The notes beneath the pieces are model-generated. The model did no database searches, was not told the DNA's origin, and worked only from the letters and a program-made list of their open reading frames with translations. A DNA stretch of 64,000 nucleotides from Candidatus Thorarchaeota archaeon. GTDB lineage: Archaea; Asgardarchaeota; Thorarchaeia; Thorarchaeales; Thorarchaeaceae. The number at the start of each line of letters is the position of its first letter. Within the stretch, counting starts at the first letter, position 1. The position numbers were made by a program, and so were the translations under genes. Shown one piece after another: positions 1-10,803 of this stretch. Where the stretch lies: the NCBI GenBank assembly GCA_048884965.1, contig JBHLQH010000005.1:64001-128000 (forward strand), given 5' to 3'.

Positions 1-1
1 A

Positions 2-3000
2 AACGCTACAGGTCTCTATGAACGTGAGTTCATCGTACAGCATGATACGACACTTACGCTCAACTATCCGACTGATGCAGTTTCAGACAAGATCGCATAC
101 TCAACCGCAGGTGAGCCAATTTATATTGAATATGAGCTAACAGATGACATTACTGCTGGAGGAGTTCCTGGTGCTACGGTCAAGATGAATTGGACTGTCA
201 GTGGCACGCCAACAGAGATCACGATGGATGATTTAGGTGATGGTCGCTATGGAAAGACACTTGATACCGATGATCTCATCACAAATCAACAGTGGAGAAT
301 AAACATCTGGTCATACCATCCCTACTATAATAATGCCACCGATTATTTCGACATTGACCTCTATCATGCGACAAACATGAGTTATGTGGATGTGGTGTCT
401 ACACCCGTTGGGTACGATTTCAAAGCGACTCTTGTGTTCTACGACTCTTACTCAGAGACTCCCATTCTTGGCGCTACGATTACATTCGATAATGGCACTG
501 CAGTCAGCTTTTCTGATGAAGGAAGTGGACGATATGCTATTACGATCTCTACTACTACCTTAGACTTTGGGGATTATTGGTACAGATTCAAAGCTACAAA
601 GGCTGGTTCGTTCCTAGAAGATGCATATTGTAATGTGACATTCACCTTGAGAAAGCATTACACCTCCATCTCTGTAAGTGGGGATCTTCTCACTCCTGCT
701 GGATACTCGACCGATGTTACAGTCACGATAATCGATATGGATACTGGTGGAACTGTCGGTATTGGAAATGTTGCTACGTGGACCTTCGATCCAGCTAGCT
801 ACTCTGACACAACTGAAACACCTCCTGGTGATTTCATAGTGACACTCAACACTGTAGGATGGGCAGTTGGTACTGACACTGTGACTCTTTCTGCAACACT
901 ATCTGGTAACTATTATAGCCCCACCGATTATTCCTTTGATATCGAAATTAGGAAACATTACACTTCAGTTTCTGTACAAGGTGATTTCCTGACTCCTCAT
1001 GGCTATTCTACTTATGTCACCGTTGTACTAACAGATCTGGATACAGGAACAACATTCTCATTGACTTCTAATATTGCATCATGGACCTTCAATCCCGCCA
1101 GCTATGGCGACACAACTGAAACACCACCCGGTGACTTTGACGTAACAATTGACACGTCGGGTTGGTCAGTTGGTACCGATACGGTTACACTTTCTGTAAC
1201 AATGAGTGGAATATATGAAGATCCTGCAAACTATCTATTTGACATAGAGATTCGACGACATTATACATCAGTATCAGTTAGTGGTGATTTCATCATACCC
1301 TATGGCCAAATGACATCGCTTGTAGTTACTATCATTGACCTTGACACTGGAACAGCTCTTGGAAGCACTGCATCTGTTTCATCATGGACCTTCAATCCAG
1401 CGACCTATAGTGACACGACAGAAACACCACCGAGCGACTTTGCTGTGACTCTGAACACATCTGGTTGGTCTGTTGGCACCGATACCGTAACTTTGTCTGT
1501 CACGATGACTGGCATCTATTATAGTCCATCGAACCATCAGTTCGATATCGAGATTCGAAAGCATAGGACCGCAGTTTCTGTAGTGGGTGAATTCGTAACA
1601 CCATATGGCGCAAGTACATCACTGACTGTAGTCATTCGAGATCTCGATAATGGATCAGTACTTACCAGTACCTCCATGATTGCATCATGGACTTTCAATC
1701 CCGCCAGCTATGGTGATACAACTGAAACACCCCCCGGTGACTTTGCTATCATACTTAATACTGCCAGCTGGTCAGTGGCGACTGAAACAGTGACTCTATC
1801 AGTCACGATGACTGGCATCTATGAGAATCCGAATAATGTGCAATTTGATATTACAATAAGGAAGCATTACACATCCGTTACTGTTATTGGTGACCTAGCG
1901 ACTCCTTATGGATTTAGTACTGTCCTCACCGTTGTCATAACTGACAGTGATCTTGGTACGATTCTTGCAACTACAACAAACGTAGCCTCATGGACCTTCA
2001 ATCCTTCAAGCTATGGCGATACTACTGAAACCCCACCAAGTGATTTCTCAGTAACATTGAACACCATAAGCTGGGCAGTCGCAACGGAAACAGTAACACT
2101 GACAGTCACGATGACTGGCATCTATGAGAATCCTGCAAGCTACCAATTTGGCATCCAAATCAGAAAACACTACACTGCTGTTTCTGTCACTGGTGATATG
2201 GTCAGTCCTTATGGGAACACAACTGACCTTTCTGTTATTATAACCGATCTAGATACGAACACCGTTCTAGGATCAACGGCAAACGTAGCCTCATGGACCC
2301 TCAATCCCGCTAGCTATGGCGACACGACTGAAACACCACCTGGTGACTTTGCTGTTACATTAGATACATCTGGTTGGTCTGTTGGTTCCGAAACGGTTAC
2401 TCTCTCTGTTACAATGAGTGGAACTTACAACAATCCCTCTAACTATCAATTCAGCATTACCATAACCAGCTTAGAGATCGATGCATATAATGAACCAAAC
2501 GACCTTATCTTCCCAACTGGTTCGGACTTTAGGATCATCATTCGAGTCAATGTATCTGAGCATGGAGTCTATTATGGAGATCCATTAACAGGACTCGTGC
2601 AAGGAGAATTCTCGGTCACTGGCTACACAATCAAGGAATGGTACCATCTAGGGAACGGAAGATACAACTTCACCATTGACGAGGCAAGTTTCCCTGAAGG
2701 CACATATACTATTACACTCAAAATCACGACATCGAGTAGTATCTATGGTGATGCTACTCTACAAATCACATTCAGATATCGCCCAGCTCTAAGCGAAGCA
2801 TCTTCACCTGACCGAGCAATCGTAACACCCTATGAAACTGACTTCGTTGTATCGATTACCTATACGGACATCGATCGTGATATTGGTATCACAGGAGCCT
2901 CGATTTCAGCTGAGGGAATTACTTTCTATAATGAACTTGACCTAGGAGCTGGACAATATCAAGTTACTATCAATGTCACAGGTCTGACAAAAGGAGAGCA

Positions 3001-6000
3001 TCTTTACAATCTTACGATTGACAAGGCTGGATACGACGCAGCAAAACTGAGCTTCAAGGTAGTTATCAGGATTGCATATACATATGCAATTCCTACAGTG
3101 GGTGCACTAGACATTCCGGTAGGCGACGATGTTGTATTCTATGTTGAATACTGGGACATCGATCATGATTTACCAATTGATGACACATCGCCATTTATTG
3201 CAACTTCAACTTGGACTCACACAGTGACATTCACCTACATTCCCGCTCAGCAAAGATACCGTGTTGACTTCCCCACCTTTGAGGATGATGCACTAGTACA
3301 GAATTTCGTGATAACCTTCAACTTCTCCAAGGGTGAGAACTATCAATTTGGCATCTTCAATATCTCTATCACCGTGAGAACGCACTACACTGATTTCCGA
3401 CTGGTTAGCGCAGTAGAGCCAACTAGCTTCAATGACAACATAACGATCTCTGTCTTCTATGGTGACTTAGATAGTGGCACGGGTATCGCCTCCCGCGATA
3501 TTGCACATCGTATATGGAATGGAACACATGAAGTTACATCCTATTTGTACAATGACACACTACTAGGTGGCGGCTATTACACTATCATAGTTCCTGCTCC
3601 CCAATTTGGAGGATTAGGATTACAATCATTTACAATCTACTTCAACTGGACTGGCCCTATCTACACCTATGCGAACAAGACATTGATCACGTCAGTGAAT
3701 ATCATTGGAGAAGATTCTCGGTTGAGCTTACTTGTGACTGCAGAGCCTACTCCTTATCTTGAGAATATGACTTACACACTCTTCTTTGCGGCTGTGAATG
3801 GCACTGGTATTTTCAATAATACTGGAAATGTATTCGTCAGCGTGGTCTTTGTAGGTGTTACTGTAGACACCTCACAGGTGGACATATGGGAGATCAACCC
3901 CGTTACCAATAGAGGTCAATACTCGATCAGATTCAACAGCTCAATATTTGCGATAACCGGACTTATCTACATGAAAGTATACTTCAATTGGTCTGCAGAT
4001 GTGGAGCCATACTATACAAATCGAACTGATACGGTTTCTGTAAGGGTACTTCCGCGTGACTCGTTGATTTCAGTAGATCCACCATCTCAAACCGCCTATG
4101 CGGAGAATGCTACGTTCTCGTTCACTTTTGACGATGTGACGGGGACACTCTCAGAACCTATTGCAAATGCAAGTTCTCTAACCATTGGACTAACCCTAGT
4201 CGATTACGTGTTGATATATGACTCCCCAACAAGAACCTTCTCCGTTTTGTTCAATACCAGCCAATTTGGCTCCTTGGGGCTTCAAACGTTCACACTAAGC
4301 ATCACATGGATTGGAGCTCCATTCTATGCAAATCAAACTGGAAAGACCATCTCTATTACCGTTACTTTGCGACAGACAACACTCGACTTCCAATCCCCTG
4401 CTCCTACCCAATACATGGATAATGTCACGTTCTCAGTCTTTTGGACAGATGTCGCTGGCGCTTCATCCTTTGGGATTGCTGGAGCTACTCTTCTATTGTA
4501 TGATGGAGCCTCTGAGATTGCCTCCCAATATTATTCCGTTCAGTTTATTGGCTCGGGTGAATACGAAGTTGAGCTAAGTACAGAATACAAGGCAGCACCT
4601 GGTTATTATTCACTAACGGTAAATATCTCAACAAGTGATTTCTACTATGCTGAGAGAATCTCAAGTAGGATTTTCAATATTCGATATAGATCTACTTTGG
4701 TATCAGCTGAGCCAGTTGACTTGACACCCTTTAACGATCCAGTTCAGGTTATCTTGTACTATCAAGATTTGATTACCTTGGTTGACATCGATAATGATAC
4801 CTTTGATGTTAGTATCGAATTGCTAACCGCAGGAAGCTGGATATTCACCTCACAATGGCAGAGTGCTAGTGGATATTACGTCATAAATGTACAAACATCT
4901 GATCAGGTTGGACTGCAGATAGGAGTACAATATCCGTTGCATTTCAATCTGAGTTTTGCCTACCAGAGTCCGTACTATCGGCATGATGATATTACCGTCT
5001 ACTTTGAATTGAGATACCGTGAATCCACATTGGAGAGATTTGTTGCACCAACACAGACTCCCTATAGTGACTATGCCAATTTCACCGTCTATTATTCTGA
5101 TGTTGATGCAGATGTAGGGATATTAAGCGCTCAGTTAGCTGTACATGATGGTTCCTCTTTCATGACTCTTGGAACCGAGTATCTCTTTAGTGCACTTGGC
5201 AGTGGCCTTTATAGAGTATCAGTGCTGACTTCAGCTTTAGGAGCTCCAGGACCTCATGGAATTACCGTCTATGCGAATTGGACATCTGGTACTCCATATC
5301 ACGACAATGCAACACTTGCAATAACAATCAACATCATTCGAAGGGTTACCAATGTTGAGATAGTCACTCCTCCCTCTCAAACGAATTACCTCGAGAATGT
5401 GACTTTCATTGTGTCATTCATTGATGTTAGCACAGATTCTGCACTTGCAGTGACCAAGAATCGGTTGCAAATCTGGAATGGCGGAACTTTGATGTCTTCA
5501 AGTGATTTCTCAATTAGTCAATTTGGAGGAACATACGAAATAAGTATCAACTCAACACTTCTTTCCTCTACACTGGTGACTAATCAGAATTTGACAGTAC
5601 ATGTCGATTGGCCTGAGGCTCCAAATTACTATAGAGATGATTCCACCTCAACACGATATACGCTAATTGTTAGAAGCACATATGTTTCAATTAATCGACC
5701 CGCAAATACTGCCTATGGTGAGAATGCAACCTTTAGCTTCACATTTGTAGACTCCACAATAATACCTGAAGAGAATATTCAGCTATCAGGATCATTGATA
5801 ATCACAACGAATCTGGTTGAAACACCATCATTGTCATATGATTCGCCAACAAGAACCTTCACTATGGTCTTTAACACCTCACAATTTGGGTCAACAGGAG
5901 CGCAATCCTTTACACTAAGTGTACAGTGGTTTGGAACCCCCTACTATGCCAATAAGACCTCTAATACAGTCTATGTGACAGTTATCTATCGTCAAACCCA

Positions 6001-9000
6001 AGTTGAATTCGACACACCTGATCCTACACCATACGGTGACTCAGTGAATTTCACCATTAGATATCTTGACATTGCAGGAGCAAGCTCCTTTGGTATTGGC
6101 GATTCAGTACTCACTCTCTATTATGGCGGTGGAGTGATTCCTGGGTCCTATTACAATGTAACTCATGATGGAGAGGGAACCTATGAGATTGAGTTTGATT
6201 CAGGATACTTCAGCAATCCCGGAAAATATGCCATAAATGCCTCCTTGGTGTATTCAGGAAGTTACTTTGCGAATGATGCATATGCGATTAGATCGCTATC
6301 AGTCAGACTGCGAACAACCGTTCTCTCAGCAGACCCAGTTGGGTCAGTTGGATACGGGACTCCTATGGATTTGACCCTCTACTTCCAAGACCAACTTACC
6401 CTTCTTGATATTGCGAATAGCTCAACGACATTTATTGAGATTCTCAATAATACAGGCACACCTTGGGAGTTCACAATCACCTGGAATGCAGCGTTGAGTC
6501 AATATGATATGGTCATAGAAACAAATGGCCAGCCGCTATCGGTAGGTCTAACATATCGATTACACCTAAACATGAGCTATGCATACCAAGATCCCTTCTA
6601 CAGATGGGATGATGTGTACGCGACCTTTACCATAAGAACTAGGACCACAACACTCGACGTGTTTGAAGGTGCTCAGCCAACATCCTATAACGAGTATATC
6701 ACCTTCACACTATACTACTGGGATGTAGACATCGTCGCAGGTATAACTTCCAGTACGACTTTCACTGTTACAAATGAAACTCACTCTCTCACATTGACAA
6801 CAGACTTTCTGTTTTCCCATATTGCAAATGGCTACTATCTGATATCTGTTAATGCTAGCCGTCTAAGCACACTGGGCAGTCATGAACTGAAAATCACGGC
6901 CGTTTGGACCGGAGGGGCACCATACAGGAATAATGCAGTTCGAAATATAACCGTGAGCGTTATTGAGCGAACCACAGAGGTAGAGATTATCTCTCCACCC
7001 TCTTCGACTCCATATCTGGATAATGTAACTTTCACCTTCAGATATACTGACACCATCAATGGACAGCCTATTTCCATCACTAGTAGTGACCTCGATATCT
7101 ATTCCAATGGCTCACTGCTAGCGCCTAACGAATTCACCTTGATCCAGATCGGAAGCATCTTCGAAGTGAGTATCAATTCTACGATATTAAGCACTAAACT
7201 TGTTGACAGCTTTAACATAACAATTCTCGTAGACTGGAGTTTAGCACAAGCTCCATACTATGAGGATGCTATCACTTCGCTCCGCGTTTCCACTCGAGGT
7301 CGTATAATGTTCGTTGAGGTTGGAACGATAGAAACGACTCCCTATGGAGATGATATGCTCATCACTATCTTTGTGAATGACGACAGTACGGGCAAACCAA
7401 TTGAGAATGCAATAATTCTCTTCAATGGTCAGACAGTTGATGTAACCGGACTCTGGACATTGTCTGTAGGGTCTGGCGCTTCAGCTGGATATTACAACAT
7501 TTCTGTGCCAACTACTGCTTTCGTCTTCGCTCCTTCCGAGTTAGGTGACTACAAGTTCGATTTGACTGTACAATGGGACCAGTCCCAAATTCCATACTAC
7601 CGAAATAGAACATCGATAGTGCTGACTGGCTCAGTTGATGCAATCTGGGCTGTGGTGCAATCAGAAGTTCCTCAACCTTCATCTGTACAGATTACAGACG
7701 ATGTCTATGTCATTGTCGAATTCACTGACCTTGATCATGGGGTGGGGATCGAAGGTGCCGGGACGACAATCTATGTTAGATATCTTACTTCTGGCATCAT
7801 TCCTCAGGGTCTCAACATCGCGGAGCTGGGCAATGGACTCTACAATATCAGCTTCAGTACAATAGATATCAACTCTTTTGGGAGCGTTGTGATGAATATC
7901 ACTGCTACAAAGGATTTCTACACGTCATCCAATGTAAAGCCATCATTCACAGTTATTGAGATTAGTACTACTTTGGAGCCTGTTGAAACCCAGATCACAC
8001 TCTATTGGTCGCAATTGGCTAATATCTCTGTAGACTATAATAACCTACTACATCTCAATCTTACTACAGGAGCTACAGTCTGGTGGAATTATAGCGGATA
8101 TTCAGGGTTCTTCACTGAAATTGGCAGCACTGGATCTTATGAGGCAAGCATTGATACAGCAATAAGTGGAACTGGAACAAAAACTGTTAGGATAACAGCC
8201 GACGCTGATAAGTACGTGCGGTCGCTTGTCACAGTCACACTTGTTGTCCTTGATTTGCCCTCAGATATGACTCTTGTTGAACCAGAAGCTGTCTTTGCAC
8301 AAAACAGAGGTAATGAAATCTATGTCAAGATATTACTAAATGACACTCTAAATGGAGTTCTCATTAATAATGCATATGTCAATGATATCTACATAGTTTT
8401 CAATAACACGCGATATGATATGAATTACAACATCACCGGACAGTTCTACTACTATACCTTACCATCAACAGCTACTTCCGTACTCCTACCAGGTTTCGTA
8501 TATACAGCCCGTATTTCTGCGGATATCGATTACTACGATCCTGTTAGTACTGTGTTCAAGATCGATTTGCTTGCGACGCTGACTTTCCTCGAATATTATG
8601 GAGTTACGAGAGATAAGATGGATGTAACCTATTCTGATTTCATTACGTTTGAATTGAACTTTACAGATGTAGAAGGCAATCCTATAGATTCTGGAGAGGT
8701 CTTCTGGGCTCCTAGCAGCGAAGTGCCGCCCTATACATTTTCCAACTTAACTTATGGTCTCAACGGAATTTGGAGTTTGACACTCAATTCATCCTCATTC
8801 GGCAAATGGGGTACTTTTGGAATTACATTTTCTGGAGTACCTACAGATGCTAATTTCGATTCTGCGTTTGTAAGCTTGACTATAACTGTGAAGAAGATAT
8901 CCACTGAGGTCATTAGTCCTCCAATCTCTCCGATTTCAGTCTATTGGGGTTGGAAAGGAAATATCTCGTTCACATTCAATGATACGTGGTTTGCCAAGGG

Positions 9001-10750
9001 CATCGATGGGGCGAATATCACTCTAACCTTTGATATTGACGTACCCATTCATGACCTTGGAAATGGAACCTATCTCTTCTATATTGACACTTCCCTTCTT
9101 GATGTGTCAACCTATCGGTTATTGCTCACTTTTCTGAAAGAGAATTACGATACTCGGAATGCAGGAGTTCAAATTAAGGTTGAAAATGTGCCTACTGAGT
9201 TACTACTCACTACTCCGCAATTGAATTGGATGGAGGATGATCCTACGCACTTGGAGGTGCCATTTGGTGAGATAGTGCAAATCTCACTATTCTATAATGA
9301 CACTGACATTAGCGATGGTTATGTAGGAGGGCTTTCAGGTGCAATAAATATCACTTCGATCACTGGTGGTATCATTGGCGTTCCTCCATCTTTTGCATTG
9401 ACAGACTGGGGTAATGGAACCTACACATTCACTTTCGATACAACACAGGATTACCTCTTTCCTGATAATATACCTGGGTCATTGCCTAATGCTCCATACT
9501 ATCTAAATATTAGATTGGAGCTTTTATATCGATTAACTCAGGAGATCCGAATTTCTATCGTGATAATTGAGAGGCCGACTGCACTCGCGATTGTATCAAG
9601 CAACGTCGTTGATGGCTCCACTTCAATCTACTATGGTGATACGATCTTCATTGATTTTGAGTTCTCAGAAGATTGGGAGCCTCTCCGAGGGACTGGAATA
9701 GACGACGCCAACTACTCAATTTCAAAAACAGGCTATGAGATTGAATATTCTTGGGAGGTATTGGGTCAAGGAAGATACAGGCTCGCTATAACTGTCAGGG
9801 CACCATTTCCTGTAGGAATAACCGTTGAGGATGCCAGATTAGAAATTACCTTTACAAAGGAAGACTATGTACTGAAGACTAGTGTTGTAAGCATCAGAAT
9901 AATTCCCACAGATACTCAACAGACAATGAGTAATGTCATTTCCTTTGGAACTCCACTTCTATTCGTCATCCTACTTGTTGGCTTACTTTGGGTACGTATC
10001 TTCAGCATTCCAAAGCGGCTTCGACAAATCAACGGCCAAATCAAAGCACTTCGAAAAGGCAAGATACCAAAACCAATCGATGAGGTAAAGAGCCGCCAGC
10101 AACTTATAGCTGATCTCTTCAATGACACTCACAAGAAGTACGAAATCACCCGAACTGCTGATATGATGCCTGAGGAATCAGTACCCGTCAACATTCCCGA
10201 GATGGGCGAGCTCCTCATACAGCTCTCTATCCTCACCAACCTGAGTCCCGATGAGCTGGATGAGTTCAAAGCTGACATCTCGAAGATGAAGATGAGCGAG
10301 CAGGCAGCCTTCGTGAAAGAGGTCATCGACCAAGAGGCAATCCGTGCAGCCCGACGTGAGGGTGTCAGCATGGAGGAGATTCTCCAGAGGATCGAGCGAG
10401 ATGCCAAACAACGCCTGAGTGGAGCCGCTGCAGACGAGGATGTCTTTGTCAAATCAGATGTTGATGAACCCATCTTCCTCTCTCCTGATGAAGACCGAGA
10501 TGCTGATATCATCGAGAAACGAGATACCATCACTGAGGAGAAGCGTGACATCGCAAGGGACATTCGCACCGAAGAGCCGACAAAGATCACTGACAAGCTT
10601 AGTGACTATGAGATAGAAGAGCTTCGTAAGGACCTTCAGTCAAAGGGCGTACAACCCCATGAGATTGACACGATCATTGATCAGGCACGCGAGCTTCCAC
10701 GAGATCTAGTGGATGAGCTGTTACGAAGCCTTGGTGTTGACAGGGATTAG
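2..10750 (+). CDS. Giant single-pass surface protein (>3580 aa, 5'-truncated): about 30 tandem ~100-110 aa beta-sandwich/Ig-like repeats, a C-terminal TM helix and a ~260-aa charged cytoplasmic tail
   Basis: The frame is open from base 2 (NATGLYEREF...), so the true start lies outside the window. Thr/Ser/Tyr-rich repeats carry many N-x-S/T sequons. The TM segment PLLFVILLVGLLWVRIF is followed by K/R-rich IPKRLRQINGQIKALRKGK. Confidence 0.9.
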   Translation, partial: NATGLYEREFIVQHDTTLTLNYPTDAVSDKIAYSTAGEPIYIEYELTDDITAGGVPGATVKMNWTVSGTPTEITMDDLGDGRYGKTLDTDDLITNQQWRINIWSYHPYYNNATDYFDIDLYHATNMSYVDVVSTPVGYDFKATLVFYDSYSETPILGATITFDNGTAVSFSDEGSGRYAITISTTTLDFGDYWYRFKATKAGSFLEDAYCNVTFTLRKHYTSISVSGDLLTPAGYSTDVTVTIIDMDTGGTVGIGNVATWTFDPASYSDTTETPPGDFIVTLNTVGWAVGTDTVTLSATLSGNYYSPTDYSFDIEIRKHYTSVSVQGDFLTPHGYSTYVTVVLTDLDTGTTFSLTSNIASWTFNPASYGDTTETPPGDFDVTIDTSGWSVGTDTVTLSVTMSGIYEDPANYLFDIEIRRHYTSVSVSGDFIIPYGQMTSLVVTIIDLDTGTALGSTASVSSWTFNPATYSDTTETPPSDFAVTLNTSGWSVGTDTVTLSVTMTGIYYSPSNHQFDIEIRKHRTAVSVVGEFVTPYGASTSLTVVIRDLDNGSVLTSTSMIASWTFNPASYGDTTETPPGDFAIILNTASWSVATETVTLSVTMTGIYENPNNVQFDITIRKHYTSVTVIGDLATPYGFSTVLTVVITDSDLGTILATTTNVASWTFNPSSYGDTTETPPSDFSVTLNTISWAVATETVTLTVTMTGIYENPASYQFGIQIRKHYTAVSVTGDMVSPYGNTTDLSVIITDLDTNTVLGSTANVASWTLNPASYGDTTETPPGDFAVTLDTSGWSVGSETVTLSVTMSGTYNNPSNYQFSITITSLEIDAYNEPNDLIFPTGSDFRIIIRVNVSEHGVYYGDPLTGLVQGEFSVTGYTIKEWYHLGNGRYNFTIDEASFPEGTYTITLKITTSSSIYGDATLQITFRYRPALSEASSPDRAIVTPYETDFVVSITYTDIDRDIGITGASISAEGITFYNELDLGAGQYQVTINVTGLTKGEHLYNLTIDKAGYDAAKLSFKVVIRIAYTYAIPTVGALDIPVGDDVVFYVEYWDIDHDLPIDDTSPFIATSTWTHTVTFTYIPAQQRYRVDFPTFEDDALVQNFVITFNFSKGENYQFGIFNISITVRTHYTDFRLVSAVEPTSFNDNITISVFYGDLDSGTGIASRDIAHRIWNGTHEVTSYLYNDTLLGGGYYTIIVPAPQFGGLGLQSFTIYFNWTGPIYTYANKTLITSVNIIGEDSRLSLLVTAEPTPYLENMTYTLFFAAVNGTGIFNNTGNVFVSVVFVGVTVDTSQVDIWEINPVTNRGQYSIRFNSSIFAITGLIYMKVYFNWSADVEPYYTNRTDTVSVRVLPRDSLISVDPPSQTAYAENATFSFTFDDVTGTLSEPIANASSLTIGLTLVDYVLIYDSPTRTFSVLFNTSQFGSLGLQTFTLSITWIGAPFYANQTGKTISITVTLRQTTLDFQSPAPTQYMDNVTFSVFWTDVAGASSFGIAGATLLLYDGASEIASQYYSVQFIGSGEYEVELSTEYKAAPGYYSLTVNISTSDFYYAERISSRIFNIRYRSTLVSAEPVDLTPFNDPVQVILYYQDLITLVDIDNDTFDVSIELLTAGSWIFTSQWQSASGYYVINVQTSDQVGLQIGVQYPLHFNLSFAYQSPYYRHDDITVYFELRYRESTLERFVAPTQTPYSDYANFTVYYSDVDADVGILSAQLAVHDGSSFMTLGTEYLFSALGSGLYRVSVLTSALGAPGPHGITVYANWTSGTPYHDNATLAITINIIRRVTNVEIVTPPSQTNYLENVTFIVSFIDVSTDSALAVTKNRLQIWNGGTLMSSSDFSISQFGGTYEISINSTLLSSTLVTNQNLTVHVDWPEAPNYYRDDSTSTRYTLIVRSTYVSINRPANTAYGENATFSFTFVDSTIIPEENIQLSGSLIITTNLVETPSLSYDSPTRTFTMVFNTSQFGSTGAQSFTLSVQWFGTPYYANKTSNTVYVTVIYRQTQVEFDTPDPTPYGDSVNFTIRYLDIAGASSFGIGDSVLTLYYGGGVIPGSYYNVTHDGEGTYEIEFDSGYFSNPGKYAINASLVYSGSYFANDAYAIRSLSVRLRTTVLSADPVGSVGYGTPMDLTLYFQDQLTLLDIANSSTTFIEILNNTGTPWEFTITWNAALSQYDMVIETNGQPLSVGLTYRLHLNMSYAYQDPFYRWDDVYATFTIRTRTTTLDVFEGAQPTSYNEYITFTLYYWDVDIVAGITSSTTFTVTNETHSLTLTTDFLFSHIANGYYLISVNASRLSTLGSHELKITAVWTGGAPYRNNAVRNITVSVIERTTEVEIISPPSSTPYLDNVTFTFRYTDTINGQPISITSSDLDIYSNGSLLAPNEFTLIQIGSIFEVSINSTILSTKLVDSFNITILVDWSLAQAPYYEDAITSLRVSTRGRIMFVEVGTIETTPYGDDMLITIFVNDDSTGKPIENAIILFNGQTVDVTGLWTLSVGSGASAGYYNISVPTTAFVFAPSELGDYKFDLTVQWDQSQIPYYRNRTSIVLTGSVDAIWAVVQSEVPQPSSVQITDDVYVIVEFTDLDHGVGIEGAGTTIYVRYLTSGIIPQGLNIAELGNGLYNISFSTIDINSFGSVVMNITATKDFYTSSNVKPSFTVIEISTTLEPVETQITLYWSQLANISVDYNNLLHLNLTTGATVWWNYSGYSGFFTEIGSTGSYEASIDTAISGTGTKTVRITADADKYVRSLVTVTLVVLDLPSDMTLVEPEAVFAQNRGNEIYVKILLNDTLNGVLINNAYVNDIYIVFNNTRYDMNYNITGQFYYYTLPSTATSVLLPGFVYTARISADIDYYDPVSTVFKIDLLATLTFLEYYGVTRDKMDVTYSDFITFELNFTDVEGNPIDSGEVFWAPSSEVPPYTFSNLTYGLNGIWSLTLNSSSFGKWGTFGITFSGVPTDANFDSAFVSLTITVKKISTEVISPPISPISVYWGWKGNISFTFNDTWFAKGIDGANITLTFDIDVPIHDLGNGTYLFYIDTSLLDVSTYRLLLTFLKENYDTRNAGVQIKVENVPTELLLTTPQLNWMEDDPTHLEVPFGEIVQISLFYNDTDISDGYVGGLSGAINITSITGGIIGVPPSFALTDWGNGTYTFTFDTTQDYLFPDNIPGSLPNAPYYLNIRLELLYRLTQEIRISIVIIERPTALAIVSSNVVDGSTSIYYGDTIFIDFEFSEDWEPLRGTGIDDANYSISKTGYEIEYSWEVLGQGRYRLAITVRAPFPVGITVEDARLEITFTKEDYVLKTSVVSIRIIPTDTQQTMSNVISFGTPLLFVILLVGLLWVRIFSIPKRLRQINGQIKALRKGKIPKPIDEVKSRQQLIADLFNDTHKKYEITRTADMMPEESVPVNIPEMGELLIQLSILTNLSPDELDEFKADISKMKMSEQAAFVKEVIDQEAIRAARREGVSMEEILQRIERDAKQRLSGAAADEDVFVKSDVDEPIFLSPDEDRDADIIEKRDTITEEKRDIARDIRTEEPTKITDKLSDYEIEELRKDLQSKGVQPHEIDTIIDQARELPRDLVDELLRSLGVDRD
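650..2465 (+). repeat. Six tandem ~300-306 bp (~101 aa) intragenic repeats
   Basis: Units begin (R)KHYTS/RHYTS/KHRTA near 652, 952, 1255, 1558, 1861 and 2164. They share the core W(T)FNPASYGDTTETPPGDF.VTL.T.GW.V.T.TVTLSVTM.G.Y. Confidence 0.9.
4055..7300 (+). repeat. Duplicated five-domain block (2 x ~1620 bp, ~540 aa each) inside the giant protein
   Basis: Motifs pair up 540 aa apart: TAYAENATFSFTF/TAYGENATFSFTF, SPTRTFSVLFNTSQFG/SPTRTFTMVFNTSQFG, DVAGASSFGI/DIAGASSFGI, HFNLSFAYQSPYYRHDD/HLNMSYAYQDPFYRWDD, TNVEIVTPPSQTNYLENVTF/TEVEIISPPSSTPYLDNVTF. Confidence 0.85.
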
Positions 10751-10757
10751 GACATTG

Positions 10758-10786
10758 AGGGTGGGTGATACCCGCCCTTCTTTCCC
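10758..10786 (+). terminator. Hairpin plus pyrimidine tract after the giant protein gene
   Basis: AGGGTGGGT-gat-ACCCGCCCT followed by tctttccc, between convergent genes. Confidence 0.55.
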
Positions 10787-10803
10787 GCTGTATCATTAGA
10801 GAC

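Noticed and set aside
9916-10616. Antisense and alternate-frame ORFs over the giant protein tail, and similar short ORFs throughout the track
   Set aside because: They lie fully inside well-supported CDSs, have no motifs, and show the composition expected of shadow frames.
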